Shown in pieces: positions 25,988 through 37,993 of a stretch of DNA of 41,253 nt (positions within the stretch are counted from its first letter, which is position 1; the number at the start of each line of letters is the position of its first letter). Source of the DNA: Trichoplax adhaerens (lineage: Eukaryota > Animalia > Placozoa); contig NW_002060980.1 of assembly GCF_000150275.1 (NCBI RefSeq), positions 244,960 through 286,212 on the forward strand, read 5' to 3'. The notes beneath the pieces are model-generated. The model saw only the letters and a list, made by a program, of their open reading frames with translations. It was not told the origin of the DNA and did not search any database. The position numbers and the translations under genes were made by a program.

Positions 25988-28144
25988 CTAGATAACATCA
26001 GTAAAGTTATGCATTTTTAGTTTCTCTTCAATTGCTCTCATACGTGCGCAGCTTCATCCCAATCGACAAAACAACCTTCTAAATGACGATTACCTTCGTT
26101 GCTTTATAAGCAGATCTACCATGTAGACCTCGCCAATTATTAAACACTACCATGTCTCCAGACTCTATCCTCTTAGTGACTAAATTGCTTGGATCATACA
26201 TTATTTTCACAATGGTACGGAATGCTCGGTTAACTTTATCTTCAGGTACATCCAATATGGAACTCCTTGTGTGATTATTATGTACGAAGCGAATAACTTC
26301 ACTACGGCCGTTTAATCTACGTGATAAATAAAATCACATTTAACTTTATTAAAATAATCTACATATGTCATCGATTGCGTGCAGCCTACAATGAAAAGTC
26401 TTTTGCATAGACCGTGAACCAAGGTAGCATCCCTTGAACGCAATGCAAACAGACAAAAATAGCATATCGTATTACTTACATTATAAGAGGATGATGACTA
26501 AGCTGGTTATCACTCGATATAATCATTCACGATATCGAAGAAAATAAATTCATATTGTATCAGTAATTCAAAAAAGTATGGATTCTCTTTCTTTAGCACT
26601 TTCGCAACGTGGAAGCCATCAACGAATTCGCTTTCCCCTCCACCAGCTGAAGCTTGTTGAATGCAATGCAGGAACTGAATCTAGATTTTTAAATATAGAT
26701 GGATAAATAGATATTATGACCATTAGGTACGTAGTGCAATATTTAACATAAAATCATTGCAGAAGCAACGTCAAAATGATCCATTTCTACGACATGAAGT
26801 ATGGTAGATCGGTATGCAAAGCCAGACCTGTGTCAGTCAAGGAAATGTTGCTCGGATCATCCTTAGACTTTACCGTGGAAATCCTCCTATCCGAAATGAA
26901 ATTACTCAAGTTTGCAATGGCGCTACAAGAATCTTAATGAATTCTTAGGACTGTTGGTAACCGACATGTGTCGTGTATAGTAATTTAGTAAACTTCAATA
27001 TCTCTATAGTACGACACTGCTATGATACAAAACGATCCATTACTGTTACAGGTAGAATCCTATAAAAGGAAAGTCCGAAGACTTTTTCGGCATTGGCTAC
27101 ACGATCAATCGATTACTCTGCTAATGCACTGTATGTACATTGTACAGTTCAAGCTTCAATAAAGTCAATTATTAACTCGTAGCATAGTGCGAGCTGCATC
27201 TTATGCAAAGTGTCACGGGCCAACCTCAAGATCCACCACAGTAACATCGCCTGCCTAGACAAGTTCTATTATTATATATAATTATCGTACTGATATTTAA
27301 AATGAAAAATTCAAAATAAACCTTTTGCTATGTAGGACTGTAGCTTTCGATTATGCAAATTGGATAGATACTCTAAAGTAACACGTCCTATTCAGATGAT
27401 ATCCTCATCACTAAATACGTAAATCAATCTAGATTTTAGAGTAATTGACCAACGCTCTAATCTTACCCGTAATTGCTCACTCTCAAATAGGCAATTCTAT
27501 TGGCTAGGCGTTCTACTTGTCCTAGTTCTGGAGATACATTCTTAACCAGTACTAAGGCAACTGTGGCTATATATTCTGCAACCACCTGTATATAATGCAA
27601 GATCATCACGAAGGATTTCATCAAATTCAAAAGTTGGTATATTGCCATTCATTTCACTACCCCACAGTCGGTGATTTGAATTTGAGCAAACTACTTTATT
27701 GCCCACTTGGTCGTCACTGGTAGGAAACCGTCTCGTTTTCAACCAATTTGTATCAAATACACTGACATGATTATCTATTTCCCATATCATCTCGATTTCT
27801 TGACGATCGCGACGTAACTCGGCCCATGACGCTCTTGTCTCAGCATCGTAGGCCGGGAAAACATTGGTATCTCCGATATTGCGTTGTTTTGGAGACGGAT
27901 GGAAACAGTTTGGGCATTGACAATGATCACGAAGGTAAATATGCGGGAAACGACTGCTTGTTCCATCATCCCATTTGACATGTAATTGGCGATTACTGAT
28001 ATCGTTTTCAATAGCAACAGAATTGAAAACGACCAATTTTTTCCTAAAAGCAAGTGGAACGATCGTACGTGACCGAGTTAAAGTTTGTTTGGATTGGAAG
28101 AGCTGTTCCAAAGGGCGAATTAATCTTATCCCGAGACGATGCAT
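25988..28144 (-). pseudogene. BBOX1: Gamma-butyrobetaine dioxygenase (BBOX1-like) pseudogene, unprocessed, 4 exon remnants
   Basis: Exon remnants 28144-27467, 26886-~26796, 26680-26480, 26316-25988 align to the intact copies. Lesions: two 2-bp AT insertions at ~27570-27595; a deletion removing the exon 2 end and donor, with a stop at 26787-26789; a 1-bp insertion at ~26511 giving TGA TAA; and 9-, 4- and 1-bp deletions in exon 4. Confidence 0.88.
26965..27240 (-). repeat. ~270-bp segment in pseudogene intron 1, homologous in inverted orientation to 37733..37993
   Basis: TGTGTCGTGT.TAG.AATTTAGTAAACTT.AATATCT...TATAAAAGGAAAGTC...CAACCTCAAGATCCA is the reverse complement of 37733..37993. Confidence 0.8.
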
Positions 28145-30652
28145 AGCTTATCTTGGTGCGATGGCCTCAAAACAACAGTGAAAAAATTGATTCAAGGTAC
28201 TGACGGACCGCGATAGCAATAGACAGGGACCAAAATATGGGCTTCATTTTCTCCATTTTAGCCACGAAGCAATATAGTAAACAGTACTGCCACTGTTACT
28301 TTTTGCTCGCTTTCTTTCTCTTTGGTTTTTCTTACTTGATTAGTTCAGCATTATTGTTATTTTTTCTTTTTTTATTATTTACTGTACAGTACAGTACAGT
28401 GTGCATTGTCCTGTCTATGCAGTACTGTATTGTATTGAGTAACTAACTCTTACTGTAGAAGTCCCGTCGCGATCTAGTAATACTGATATTTTATTAAAGG
28501 AGTGGATGAGTATTCTCCTATGGTCTACTGTACTGTACAGTGTACAATGTAAAGCAGTAGGTAATGGAGGGTGTGAGCCAGTTCTCTTTAGAGTGCTATT
28601 AGGCAAAATAAATTGGAGTTAAAGCTGCAAAATTTGCCTCCAATTTTAGAGAGACAATACAGATATATAGTTTGTAGATGAAGGAATACGTGCTGTACAC
28701 TTGTACAATGTACACTGTATTCGATATGGTGAAACTAGATAAGATGTCAGTGCGTACACTGTACAGTACAGTATTAATTTACCGAGCGTAGTGATTGGCA
28801 GTAAAACGGTAGCTTTGCAAATTTAATTTGTTTAATTTGTTTTATTTGTTTTAATTCAAGCCTGTTTTCATTCAACTCTTAAAGTATTCTTACTGTCCAA
28901 GTGTCCATGCGGATAAAAGACGTCGTATTGAGTTATCAATCATTGGATTCAATTACGCGGGAGTCCATTGTTTGGAGTTAATATTATCATACAGACCCAT
29001 CCGTACTCTACTGTATACAGTACATTGTACTGTACAGTACAATACGTACAGCTCCCCTTGGTGAATTAATTCCAATTCAAATACTGTACTGTTCAGTATG
29101 GGGAAAATGGACATTGACTACTACTGTACTATGGGGCGTGTACACTGTACACGCCCCCCATAACTAGCGCAGTATTGTACCGTAGACTCATACACTAGCC
29201 CACGGTGCAATGCTGTACCTGGGACCAGTTTTACGGCAAATTGTTGCAGCTCGTGGTTGAAAGATGTTCGCCTATTGGGCTACCTTAAATTACAGTATGT
29301 CTTTCAATTGTCAACAAATGATCTTTCAATTTGGCTCTAATTCCGTGCAGACAGCTCGGTACAACCTTGAGCAATGGGCTCTTGATATTTTGATGACTTT
29401 TTATCGCAGTATTGAATAGTTCTATTTCTTTCAAGTTTCCGATACAAACTATCAGTCGATGTTACATGTTCGGTCGCTCACTATAATGGGGCCAATGACT
29501 CTTAGGATAGGTTAAATGCTATAAATTAATGAAATCCAATGGCTGCCGTCATGTAATGACACTGTTGTAAGGCTCATAAAGGATGATAATGTCTTTTATT
29601 AATATCCTTAAAATAAAAGGGGATATGGACGGGACTGAGTTTATGACTACGATCAACCATGGTTCATGGACTACTGGAAGGGCCAGGCTTTATCTAGTAG
29701 TCCATGGATTTACATAGTAGAGGTGTATATATATAGATGCTGCGTAGATATATATTCGTAGATTGACTCATGTCTTAGCTTTGTAACATAATGTGCAGTA
29801 TGTTCAATCACATTCTGTTAGGACTTCGCATATTCCACGCGACATATCTGCCTCATATACTGTACTTTACTGTCGAGAATGGGTACGTGTACAAATACGT
29901 ACGAGTACTCGTATAATGCCTAGAATGCAAGATAGCTCATTACATAGTGAGTGCATCCTGCAAAAGGAAGAATTCTCTCTTACGAGCCGCTGGTTTAACT
30001 GCAAAGTGCTTACAGGTCGTTCAAGTCGTCAATCACACTGTAGGCGCAGAGTATGGTACTGTAAATATTCTACTACGCCATACAGTACAACTGAATCCTT
30101 ACCACGATGGCCCTTACTTTGGAGTTTGGACTCATCCAAGTTTACCAGTTACCGTTCCCTTTATTCAGTATATCATCATTGTAAAGTTTGACTCAGCAGT
30201 GTCGATAGAAAATAGAAAAAAGGCCCACCCTAGTCCTTGTAATGCAAACTACTACTACTACTACTGTACATCAACTTATACTGTGCAGTGTACAGTAGAT
30301 ACTTATGACATTAGTCAAATCCTTTCGGCTTTATGATGATAAATGAAATGATGCAAATCCTGTTCTTTATTGTCGGAGAAAAAAATTGCCAGAATACAAC
30401 TTAAATCTCACGCGTAGCAGTTATTTAATACCCCCTTCCGTATATAAGTTATCTACAAAGGATTTATTTCTAATGAAGTCAATTATCAGCTATTTAAAAT
30501 ATAAAATATCAGTGCATTGTGGAACGTCTTGATGATAGGCCATTTAAAGTTCAAGATATGATATATTACATAAGGGCTAACTAACGGTGAATTCGGCGCA
30601 ACAACTGTAAAAATAAATGTAATAATTGTTATGTATTAAGCAACGATAACAA

Positions 30653-30726
30653 ACTACTATATATAGAACTGGACTACTAAATGTTCCCCGGGAAACATTT
30701 AGTAGTCCAGTTTCATATATAGTAGT
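30653..30726. repeat. Near-perfect 74-bp palindrome/hairpin (MITE-like foldback)
   Basis: ACTACTATATAT..AACTGGACTACTAAATGTT-CCCCGGGA-AACATTTAGTAGTCCAGTT..ATATATAGTAGT, centred at 30689/30690. Confidence 0.85.
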
Positions 30727-32059
30727 CCATGATTACACCAATATATAAATATTTTGCAACATTGGTAATTGTGTTGCAGTAGCAAAATGGCCATTTGTAC
30801 ATTTTTATTATAAAATTCCTTTAATTCCTATTTTAACATTGAACTACTGATATGTGCTACCTTAGAACCTAGCAGTAACAGTACTTACGTAGTAAGATGT
30901 AATTAATTATTCGCTGTGTTGCCGGCAAGATACGATGACGACGTGGTATTCTAATTCCATGAAACTTTAATTAATAACGCATGCAAGCATTCAATATTTT
31001 AAACTAGTGCCATTGAGTAGATCAAGGTGTTTGTCTATATCTTGCAGATACTCTAGCAGTTTTATTGTAATATAATGCAGTTTACAGTAAATTCAATTTT
31101 TTTCAAAACTAGTTGGATTTATTTTCGTAGATTCCGGTAAATTGACCTTAAGGTATTGCATACGCCGTATGTGGTCAAAAAATTTAAAATGTTGTAGAAT
31201 CACATGCACGGTGCATTCCTCTGTGATTCTTGACCATTATAATAGATACTAGAAAAATACCGGTATTTTTTTCTTGTAATCTATGGTCTTGACTAATTAC
31301 CTCCAGTATACCTATCTGTGCACGTTGCTAATATTTGCAATTTCACACTCATTGAAATACAGTATAGTTATGCTTATATTGATCTTGTTCAGTTACAGCA
31401 ATTTCTCCGTCATGTATCGAGTTCGTGTGGCAATATGATGATGTGAGTAAATCAAAAAAGGAAACTTTAAAACTCGATCACTGTCTAGGAATCATACACA
31501 CACTAATTAATATGCTACACTACAGGATGTGGAATATATAATAATTTGCATAATTCGCGCGGAACGCACGAGCATGCGACGATACCACTAGCCCTGTAAA
31601 GAATCTAACGTACAAATTAGCGACTAGTTTATCACTCAAAACACTCTTTTCTACTCATAATCATCTTCAATCTACATATATGTATCAAATTCAAGCTTTA
31701 ATAGAATAAATCTCAGTGACAAATTACAGCAAATAACTATAAATTCCTGCAGTACAGGTACAATTGAATTGGCTACAATGTTAAAAGGAACAACGCTTAC
31801 GTACATTCCATATGGTAAAAGATAAATTTATCGTCGATGTCTAAATTAATACAAATGTATGGCAATAAAATTATCATGAATGATCAGTTAACACAAGAGA
31901 TGAAATGCATATTAATATACTAAAGAACTAGTAAGTAAAGTGCTTTTATTCAAACGGTAAAATCTTCCACTTCCTATTGAACTACATTTTAAGCCAAGTG
32001 CATAACCGTCCCTACGAAGCAGGTAATAGTACAGAACTATTTATTCATATTTCCGTCAT

Positions 32060-33897
32060 TTAAATAACACCAGTAAAGTTTTGCATTTTTTGTTTCTCTT
32101 CAATTGCTCTCATGCGTGACGTGGTCTCATCCCAATCGATGAAGCAACCTTCTAAATGACGATTACCTCCGGCTGTTAGCTGAAAGGGTGATCTACCGTG
32201 TAAAACTCGCCAATTATCAAATACTACCATCTCTCCAGATTCCATCTTGTTAGTGACTAAATTGCTTTGATCATACATTATGTGTACAATTGCACGGAAT
32301 GCCCGGTAGATATCAGTTACTTTATCTTCAGGTACATCCAGTATGGAACTTCTTGCATGGTTATTATGCACGAAACGAATGACTTCATTACGGCTATTTA
32401 ATCTATATGATCAATTGATAAAATGAAGCTTAGTTTCATTGAAATAAGAATATTGTCCATTATCAGTCATAAACGAGAATAAATTCATTATACCGTATAC
32501 CCTCCAAAATCTTTCCATCTTTTGTTCAGATATCGTCGAGGGAACATCCCACGAATGTAATGCAACTAGATAAACTTAACAAGCCATATTACTTACGTTA
32601 TAAGAGGATGATGATTGAGCTGATTATACTCGACATAATCATTTCCGATATCGAAGAAAACAAATGCATGTTGTGTAAGTAGGTCAAAATAGTATGGATT
32701 TTCTTTCCTTAACACTTCAGCAACATTGAAGCCATCAACGAATTGATTTTCACCTCCTCCACCAGCAGCTTGCTGAACACAGTGAAGGAACTGAATCTAA
32801 ATTTTAGAAAAAACACCTCTTAATTTGTATGTTTAGCAGCTACTGTATATAAGTAACCTAATAAAACGCAACACTACATAGTCATGATAAAAACGATCTA
32901 TTTGTATAACGAAAGTAAATACGGTATCTCACCCCAGGAACCAAGTCGAAGTATGGTAGATCAGTATGCAAAGCCAGGCCTTTATCCGTAAAAGCCAAAT
33001 TGCTAGGATCAAGCTTCGATTTTACGGTGAAAGTTCGCCTATCCAAAACAACATGACGTTAATATGGTCCTTATCATAGCCTTAAAGGTTTATTAATAAT
33101 CGCTGTATGGAACTATAGCTTTCATCTGTATAAATTTGGTAGACATTACAAAATCCTGTATCGCATTGAGATCACTTTCTTATAAATAAACCCCCAAATT
33201 TCAACAATTTACCAAAATCTTAGTCTTACCCGTAATTAGTAACTCTCAAATAGGCAATTCTATCTGCTAGGCGTTCTACTTGTCCTACTTCTTTAGGTAC
33301 ATTCTTAACCAACGTTAAGCCAACTCTAGCTAGATTTTTCAGCCATTTGTATAGCGCAAGATCGTCATGGAGAATTTCATTAAAATCCGTAGTTGGTATA
33401 TCGCCATTTAAATCACCACCCCACAATCGACGATCTGAATAAACTATTTTATGACCCACTTGGTCACGATCGGTAGGAAATCGTCTCATTTTTAACCAAT
33501 TTGTATCAAATACACTCACATGATTATCTTTATCCCATTTAATCTCAATTTCTTGACGATCGGGATGGAGTTGAGCTTGTGATGCTTTGGTATCAACATC
33601 GTAGGCATCGAGAACACTGGTGTCGCTGATATTGCGTTGTTTTGCTGACGGATGGAAGCAGTTTGGGCATTGGCAATTGTCACGGAGGTAAATATGCGGG
33701 AAACGGCTGGTTGTTCCATCATCCCATTTGACATGCAATTGGCGATTATCGATATCGTTTTCCACAGCGACAGAGTTAAACGCGACCAATTCCTTCCTAA
33801 AAGCAAGAGGAGAGATTGGACTTGATCGACTTAGGCTCTGTTTGGATTGGAAGAGTTGTTGCAAAGGGCGGACTAATCTTTTCCCGAGGCGATGCAT
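32060..33897 (-). CDS. BBOX1: Gamma-butyrobetaine dioxygenase (BBOX1-like), intact copy A, 438 aa, 4 exons
   Basis: Exons 33897-33230, 33038-32933, 32796-32597, 32402-32060 total 1317 nt in frame. Zn motif LRDNCQCPNC...H; Fe ligands HTD and DNWRVLHGR; IQFLHC; FVDGF; RHLEGCFIDWD. These fit BBOX better than TMLHE (RDHCRS). Confidence 0.9.
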
Positions 33898-34924
33898 ATT
33901 CTTATCTTAGCAACAGACGTAAGTGAAGATAATGTGCTGCAACTTGTTTTTGGAAGTGTATTTATACACTTCCAAATTAACCGATGGGGGCGTCAAAGCA
34001 ACGCCAACTGCAAAAAGGTACACAACAACATTGTTGTACAGTGTACAGTGCAATACCGCTCGCTACATTTGAGTGTCGCCAAAGCAAGATTCATACTGTA
34101 ACTCAGCAAGTACACAAAAGACGAGTTCTACTGTTATTATTATTGCAACAAAAGAAAAAAACTTTTGAATATTGTAACCTCGAAAAGGTCAGCTTCAAGG
34201 TCTATTTGTTAGGCCTAAATAAACAAAGAAATGATTAATGACTGGATAGTACAGTAGCGGACACTGGATTACTGTACAGTACCAATTAACTTAGTATTGC
34301 ATGATTGGAGGGGAAACTACCTGAAATCCCCCTAGCGCTGCATTATGGGCCTACTAAATTACCGGTAATTTACTGGAGTGGCAAGCCAACATACAGTACA
34401 TTGAACGTCCAATACAGTACAGTACTTGTACTATCCAGGTGGAGTACTGTACGTACTCTACTGATCTACTGTACAGTATACTGTACAGTACAGTACTGCA
34501 CGACTTGTACACTTGACAGCCCTACAGTACATTGGACACTAGCATACAGTACAGTGATGGGGCGTCGCGCCACAAACAGGAAATACCGGTACTACAGTCC
34601 TGTACAGTACTGCCATTGCTGTATACAGTACATTGTATTGTAGTCTACAAATTCAAGAAAAAAGCTTTTCTTTTTACAGTACTGTACACTCAGTACAGTA
34701 CTGTATGCTACTAGCCAATCAGCAGGAGTAAAAAACCTGATTAAAACTGCTGCCAACTACGCAGGTACAGTGGCAACAGCGAAATAAATAAACGATTGAT
34801 TATTTATTCCTTGGCTTGCAATCTCGATCAGCTGCTCCTCCTTTGCAAATAATCAACTATTCACATCATTATACTATACAGTATCGTTATCATCGCTTTC
34901 ATCACTACAGTAACTAACATAGGC
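33898..34924. promoter_or_regulatory. Putative bidirectional promoter between divergent BBOX copies, dense in TACAGTA/TACTGTA motifs
   Basis: 1027 bp between two outward-facing ATGs. Motif cluster at ~34245-34770; CCAAT at ~34715. Confidence 0.55.
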
Positions 34925-37023
34925 ATGCATCGTCTCGGGAAAAGATTAGTCCGCCCTTTGCAACAACTCTTCCAATCCAAACACAGCCTAACTCGATCAA
35001 GTCCAATCTCTCCTCTTGCTTTTAGGAAGGAATTGGTCGCGTTTAACTCTGTCGCTGTGGAAAACGATATCGATAATCGCCAATTGCATGTCAAATGGGA
35101 TGATGGAACAACCAGCCGTTTCCCGCATATTTACCTCCGTGACAATTGCCAATGCCCAAACTGTTTCCATCCGTCAGCAAAACAACGCAATATCAGCGAC
35201 ACCAGTGTTCTCGAGGCCTACGATGTCAATACCAAAGCGTCACAAGCTAAATTCTATCCCGATCGTCAAGAAATTGAGATTAAATGGGATAAAGATAATC
35301 ATGTGAGTGTATTTGATACAAATTGGTTAAAAATGAGACGATTTCCTACCGATCGTGACCAAGTGGGTCATAAAATAATTTATTCAGATCGTCGATTGTG
35401 GGGTGGTGATTTAAATGGCGATATACCAACTACGGATTTTAATGAAATTCTCCATGACGATCTTGAGCTATACAAATGGCTGAAAAATCTAGCTAGAGTT
35501 GGCTTAACGTTGGTTAAGAATGTACCTGAAGAAGTAGGACAAGTAGAACGCCTAGCAGATAGAATTGCCTATTTGAGAGTTACTAATTATGGGTAAGATT
35601 GTAGTAAATTACTGAAAGTTATCCGCTCATTTATAAAAAAAAAAACACCACGACCACATTTGTATTATTAAAAGCTTCGGCTATATACAGCAAAGTGATC
35701 TTTCACTTTCCTGTTTCAACTATCTGAACGATAATATAACCTGTAAAAGGCAAGCTGTATCGCACTCAGCATGTTAGTAAATGAAGTTAACATAAGGCAT
35801 AGTATCATTTGCATAAATTATCTAACTTTATTAAAGCATTTGTTACTCGTAATTCGTATATAACGCAAAACGCGAAGTCTTGCATCTATTTCGAATATGC
35901 CACTGAGGTTATGCTAAGGCCATATTAACTTAAAGAATGGTATTTTGGATAGGCGAACTTTCACCGTAAAATCGAAGCATGATCCTAGCAATTTGGCTTA
36001 TACGGATAAAGGTCTAGCTTTGCATACTGATCTACCATTCTTCGACTTAGTTCCTGGGGTGAGATACTGTAATGACATTTGTTATACAAATGAATCATTT
36101 TACAATGCCTGTATAATGTTGCTTTACGTTGTATTTGATTACTTACGTAATTGCTAAGAATATAAATTAAGAGGTGTATTTTCAAAAATTTAGATTCAGT
36201 TCCTTCACTGCATCAAGCAAGCTGCTGGTGGAGGAGGTGAAAATCAATTCGTTGATGGCTTCAATGTTGCTGAAGTGTTAAGGAAAGAAAATCCATACTA
36301 TTTTGACCTACTTACACAACATGCATTTGTTTACTTCGATATCGGAAAAGATTATGTCGAATATAACCAACTCAATCATCACCCTCTTATAACGTAAGCA
36401 ATATGATTTGATAATTTTTACTTAATTGCATTCCATTGTGGGATATTATGTTGACGGTATTTGCAGAAAGGTTTCTCAATACGCTATTTATTTCTATAAC
36501 GTATGTTAATATAAATCTAATGTATCCGATATGCAACTATGCAACATAGTATGTAATTGATTTAGATTGTTAGAATTCACTCCTAATTATAATATATCCT
36601 GAATTGATTTCACATTATTAGCTGATAAAGAATAATATATTCAATAAAACTAAGCTTGATTTTATTAATGTATCATGTAGATTAAATGGCCGTAATGAAG
36701 TCATTCGTTTCGTGCACAATAATCATACGAGAAGTTCCATACTGGATGTACCTGAAGATAAAGTAATTGATATCTATCGAGCATTCCACGCAATTATACA
36801 AATTATGTATGACCCAAGTAATTTAGTTACTAATAGGATGGAATCTGGAGAGATGATAGTATTTGATAATTGGCGAGTTTTACATGGCAGATCTGCTTTT
36901 CAGTTAACCGCCGGAGGCAATCGTCATTTAGAAGGTTGTTATATCGATTGGGATGAGACTGCATCACGCATGAGAGCAATTGAAGAGAAACTAAAAATGA
37001 AAAACTTCACTGGTGTTATTTAG
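34925..37023 (+). CDS. BBOX1: Gamma-butyrobetaine dioxygenase (BBOX1-like), intact copy B, 438 aa, 4 exons
   Basis: Exons 34925-35592, 35953-36058, 36194-36393, 36681-37023 have the same lengths (668/106/200/343) as copy A. Motifs LRDNCQCPNC, NLAYT, LHTDLP, DNWRVLHGR, RHLEGCYIDWD. Confidence 0.9.
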
Positions 37024-37732
37024 TGAAAACACGGGAAATTTGTATAAATGGTTCTGTCTTCAGTGCTGTTATCTACTTTTAAGTAACGCTTATTACAACT
37101 ACTTCAAAATTCAACTCAAAAGAAAGTAGATGATCTTTTGTCATTTGAGTAAAAGGCATGTTATTCAATACTTGGTTCGTTAGTATTTTAATACTCATCT
37201 CGCCTCTTGTGTTAGCTGAACGTCCGTGGATTTATATTTTACTAGTTTAGATATCGATGATAAATTCATCTTTCACAGTATTGAATGTATGTATTTTTAC
37301 TTTTTGAATTGTAGCAGACTTATAGCAGTTATTCAGTCAACTAAAGGTATAACTCGTCAGCTGTGGGATTTATTACAGTTTTGAATACAATATGCTCAGA
37401 TTGATCAAAATTATTGATAGAAGAGTGTTTTACATCGTAAGCTATGCGCTATAACGTCTATATTAAATTTCCTATATGCCGATTAATCATCACATACTCG
37501 TGCGTTTCGTACGAATTATACGAATTACTACGGATTCATTAGTATATATTGTCAGTATAATATGCTTTAGCGCAGATTATTATTATTATGGTTTTGTCCC
37601 ACACACAGTATTATGTTGCACTTTCTTACACAAGTTACCGGTATTTTTATAACCTATGTAGTCTATCATATTATCATTATGGTATATTCGCACAGATTAT
37701 TACATAGCTTATTGTTGCTATATTCCACATAG

Positions 37733-37993
37733 TGTGTTGGATCTTGAGGTTGACCAGTGATATTTTTCATAAAATGCCACTCGCACTTTGCTATTAGTTA
37801 ACTGATTTTATTGAAGGTTGAACTGTACATACATTAGCAAGAGTAATTGAATGATCGTATGAAATAATGCCAAATAGGCCTCAAGACTTTCCTTTTATAA
37901 GATTCTAGCTGTAATAGTAACGGATTGCTTTGTAACTTAGCAGCGTCGTAATATACAGATATTTAAGTTTACTAAATTGCTAGACACGACACA
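37733..37993 (+). repeat. ~260-bp segment homologous to pseudogene intron 1 (26965..27240, inverted)
   Basis: Reverse-complement match read by eye over several blocks. Confidence 0.8.

Noticed and set aside
29793-30336. Overlapping 132-aa and 129-aa ORFs
   Set aside because: GTG starts, no recognisable domain, and composition driven by TACAGTA-type motifs.
34305-34714. ORFs rich in Y-S-T-V / Y-C-T-V (also 14279..14560 and 28237..28606)
   Set aside because: These are translations of the stop-poor TACAGTA/TACTGTA motif clusters, not protein-like.
35016-35306. Overlapping 96-aa alternative-frame ORF (also 33516..33806 and 27787..28053) and antisense 60-77 aa ORFs in BBOX exon 1
   Set aside because: They have non-ATG starts, and their recurrence is explained by duplication of the host exon.
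32060-37023. Assignment of the dioxygenases as TMLHE
   Set aside because: The CxCxxC Zn motif, NLA(Y/F)T, HTDLP and RHLEGCxxDWD fit BBOX1 better; only the presequence is TMLHE-like.
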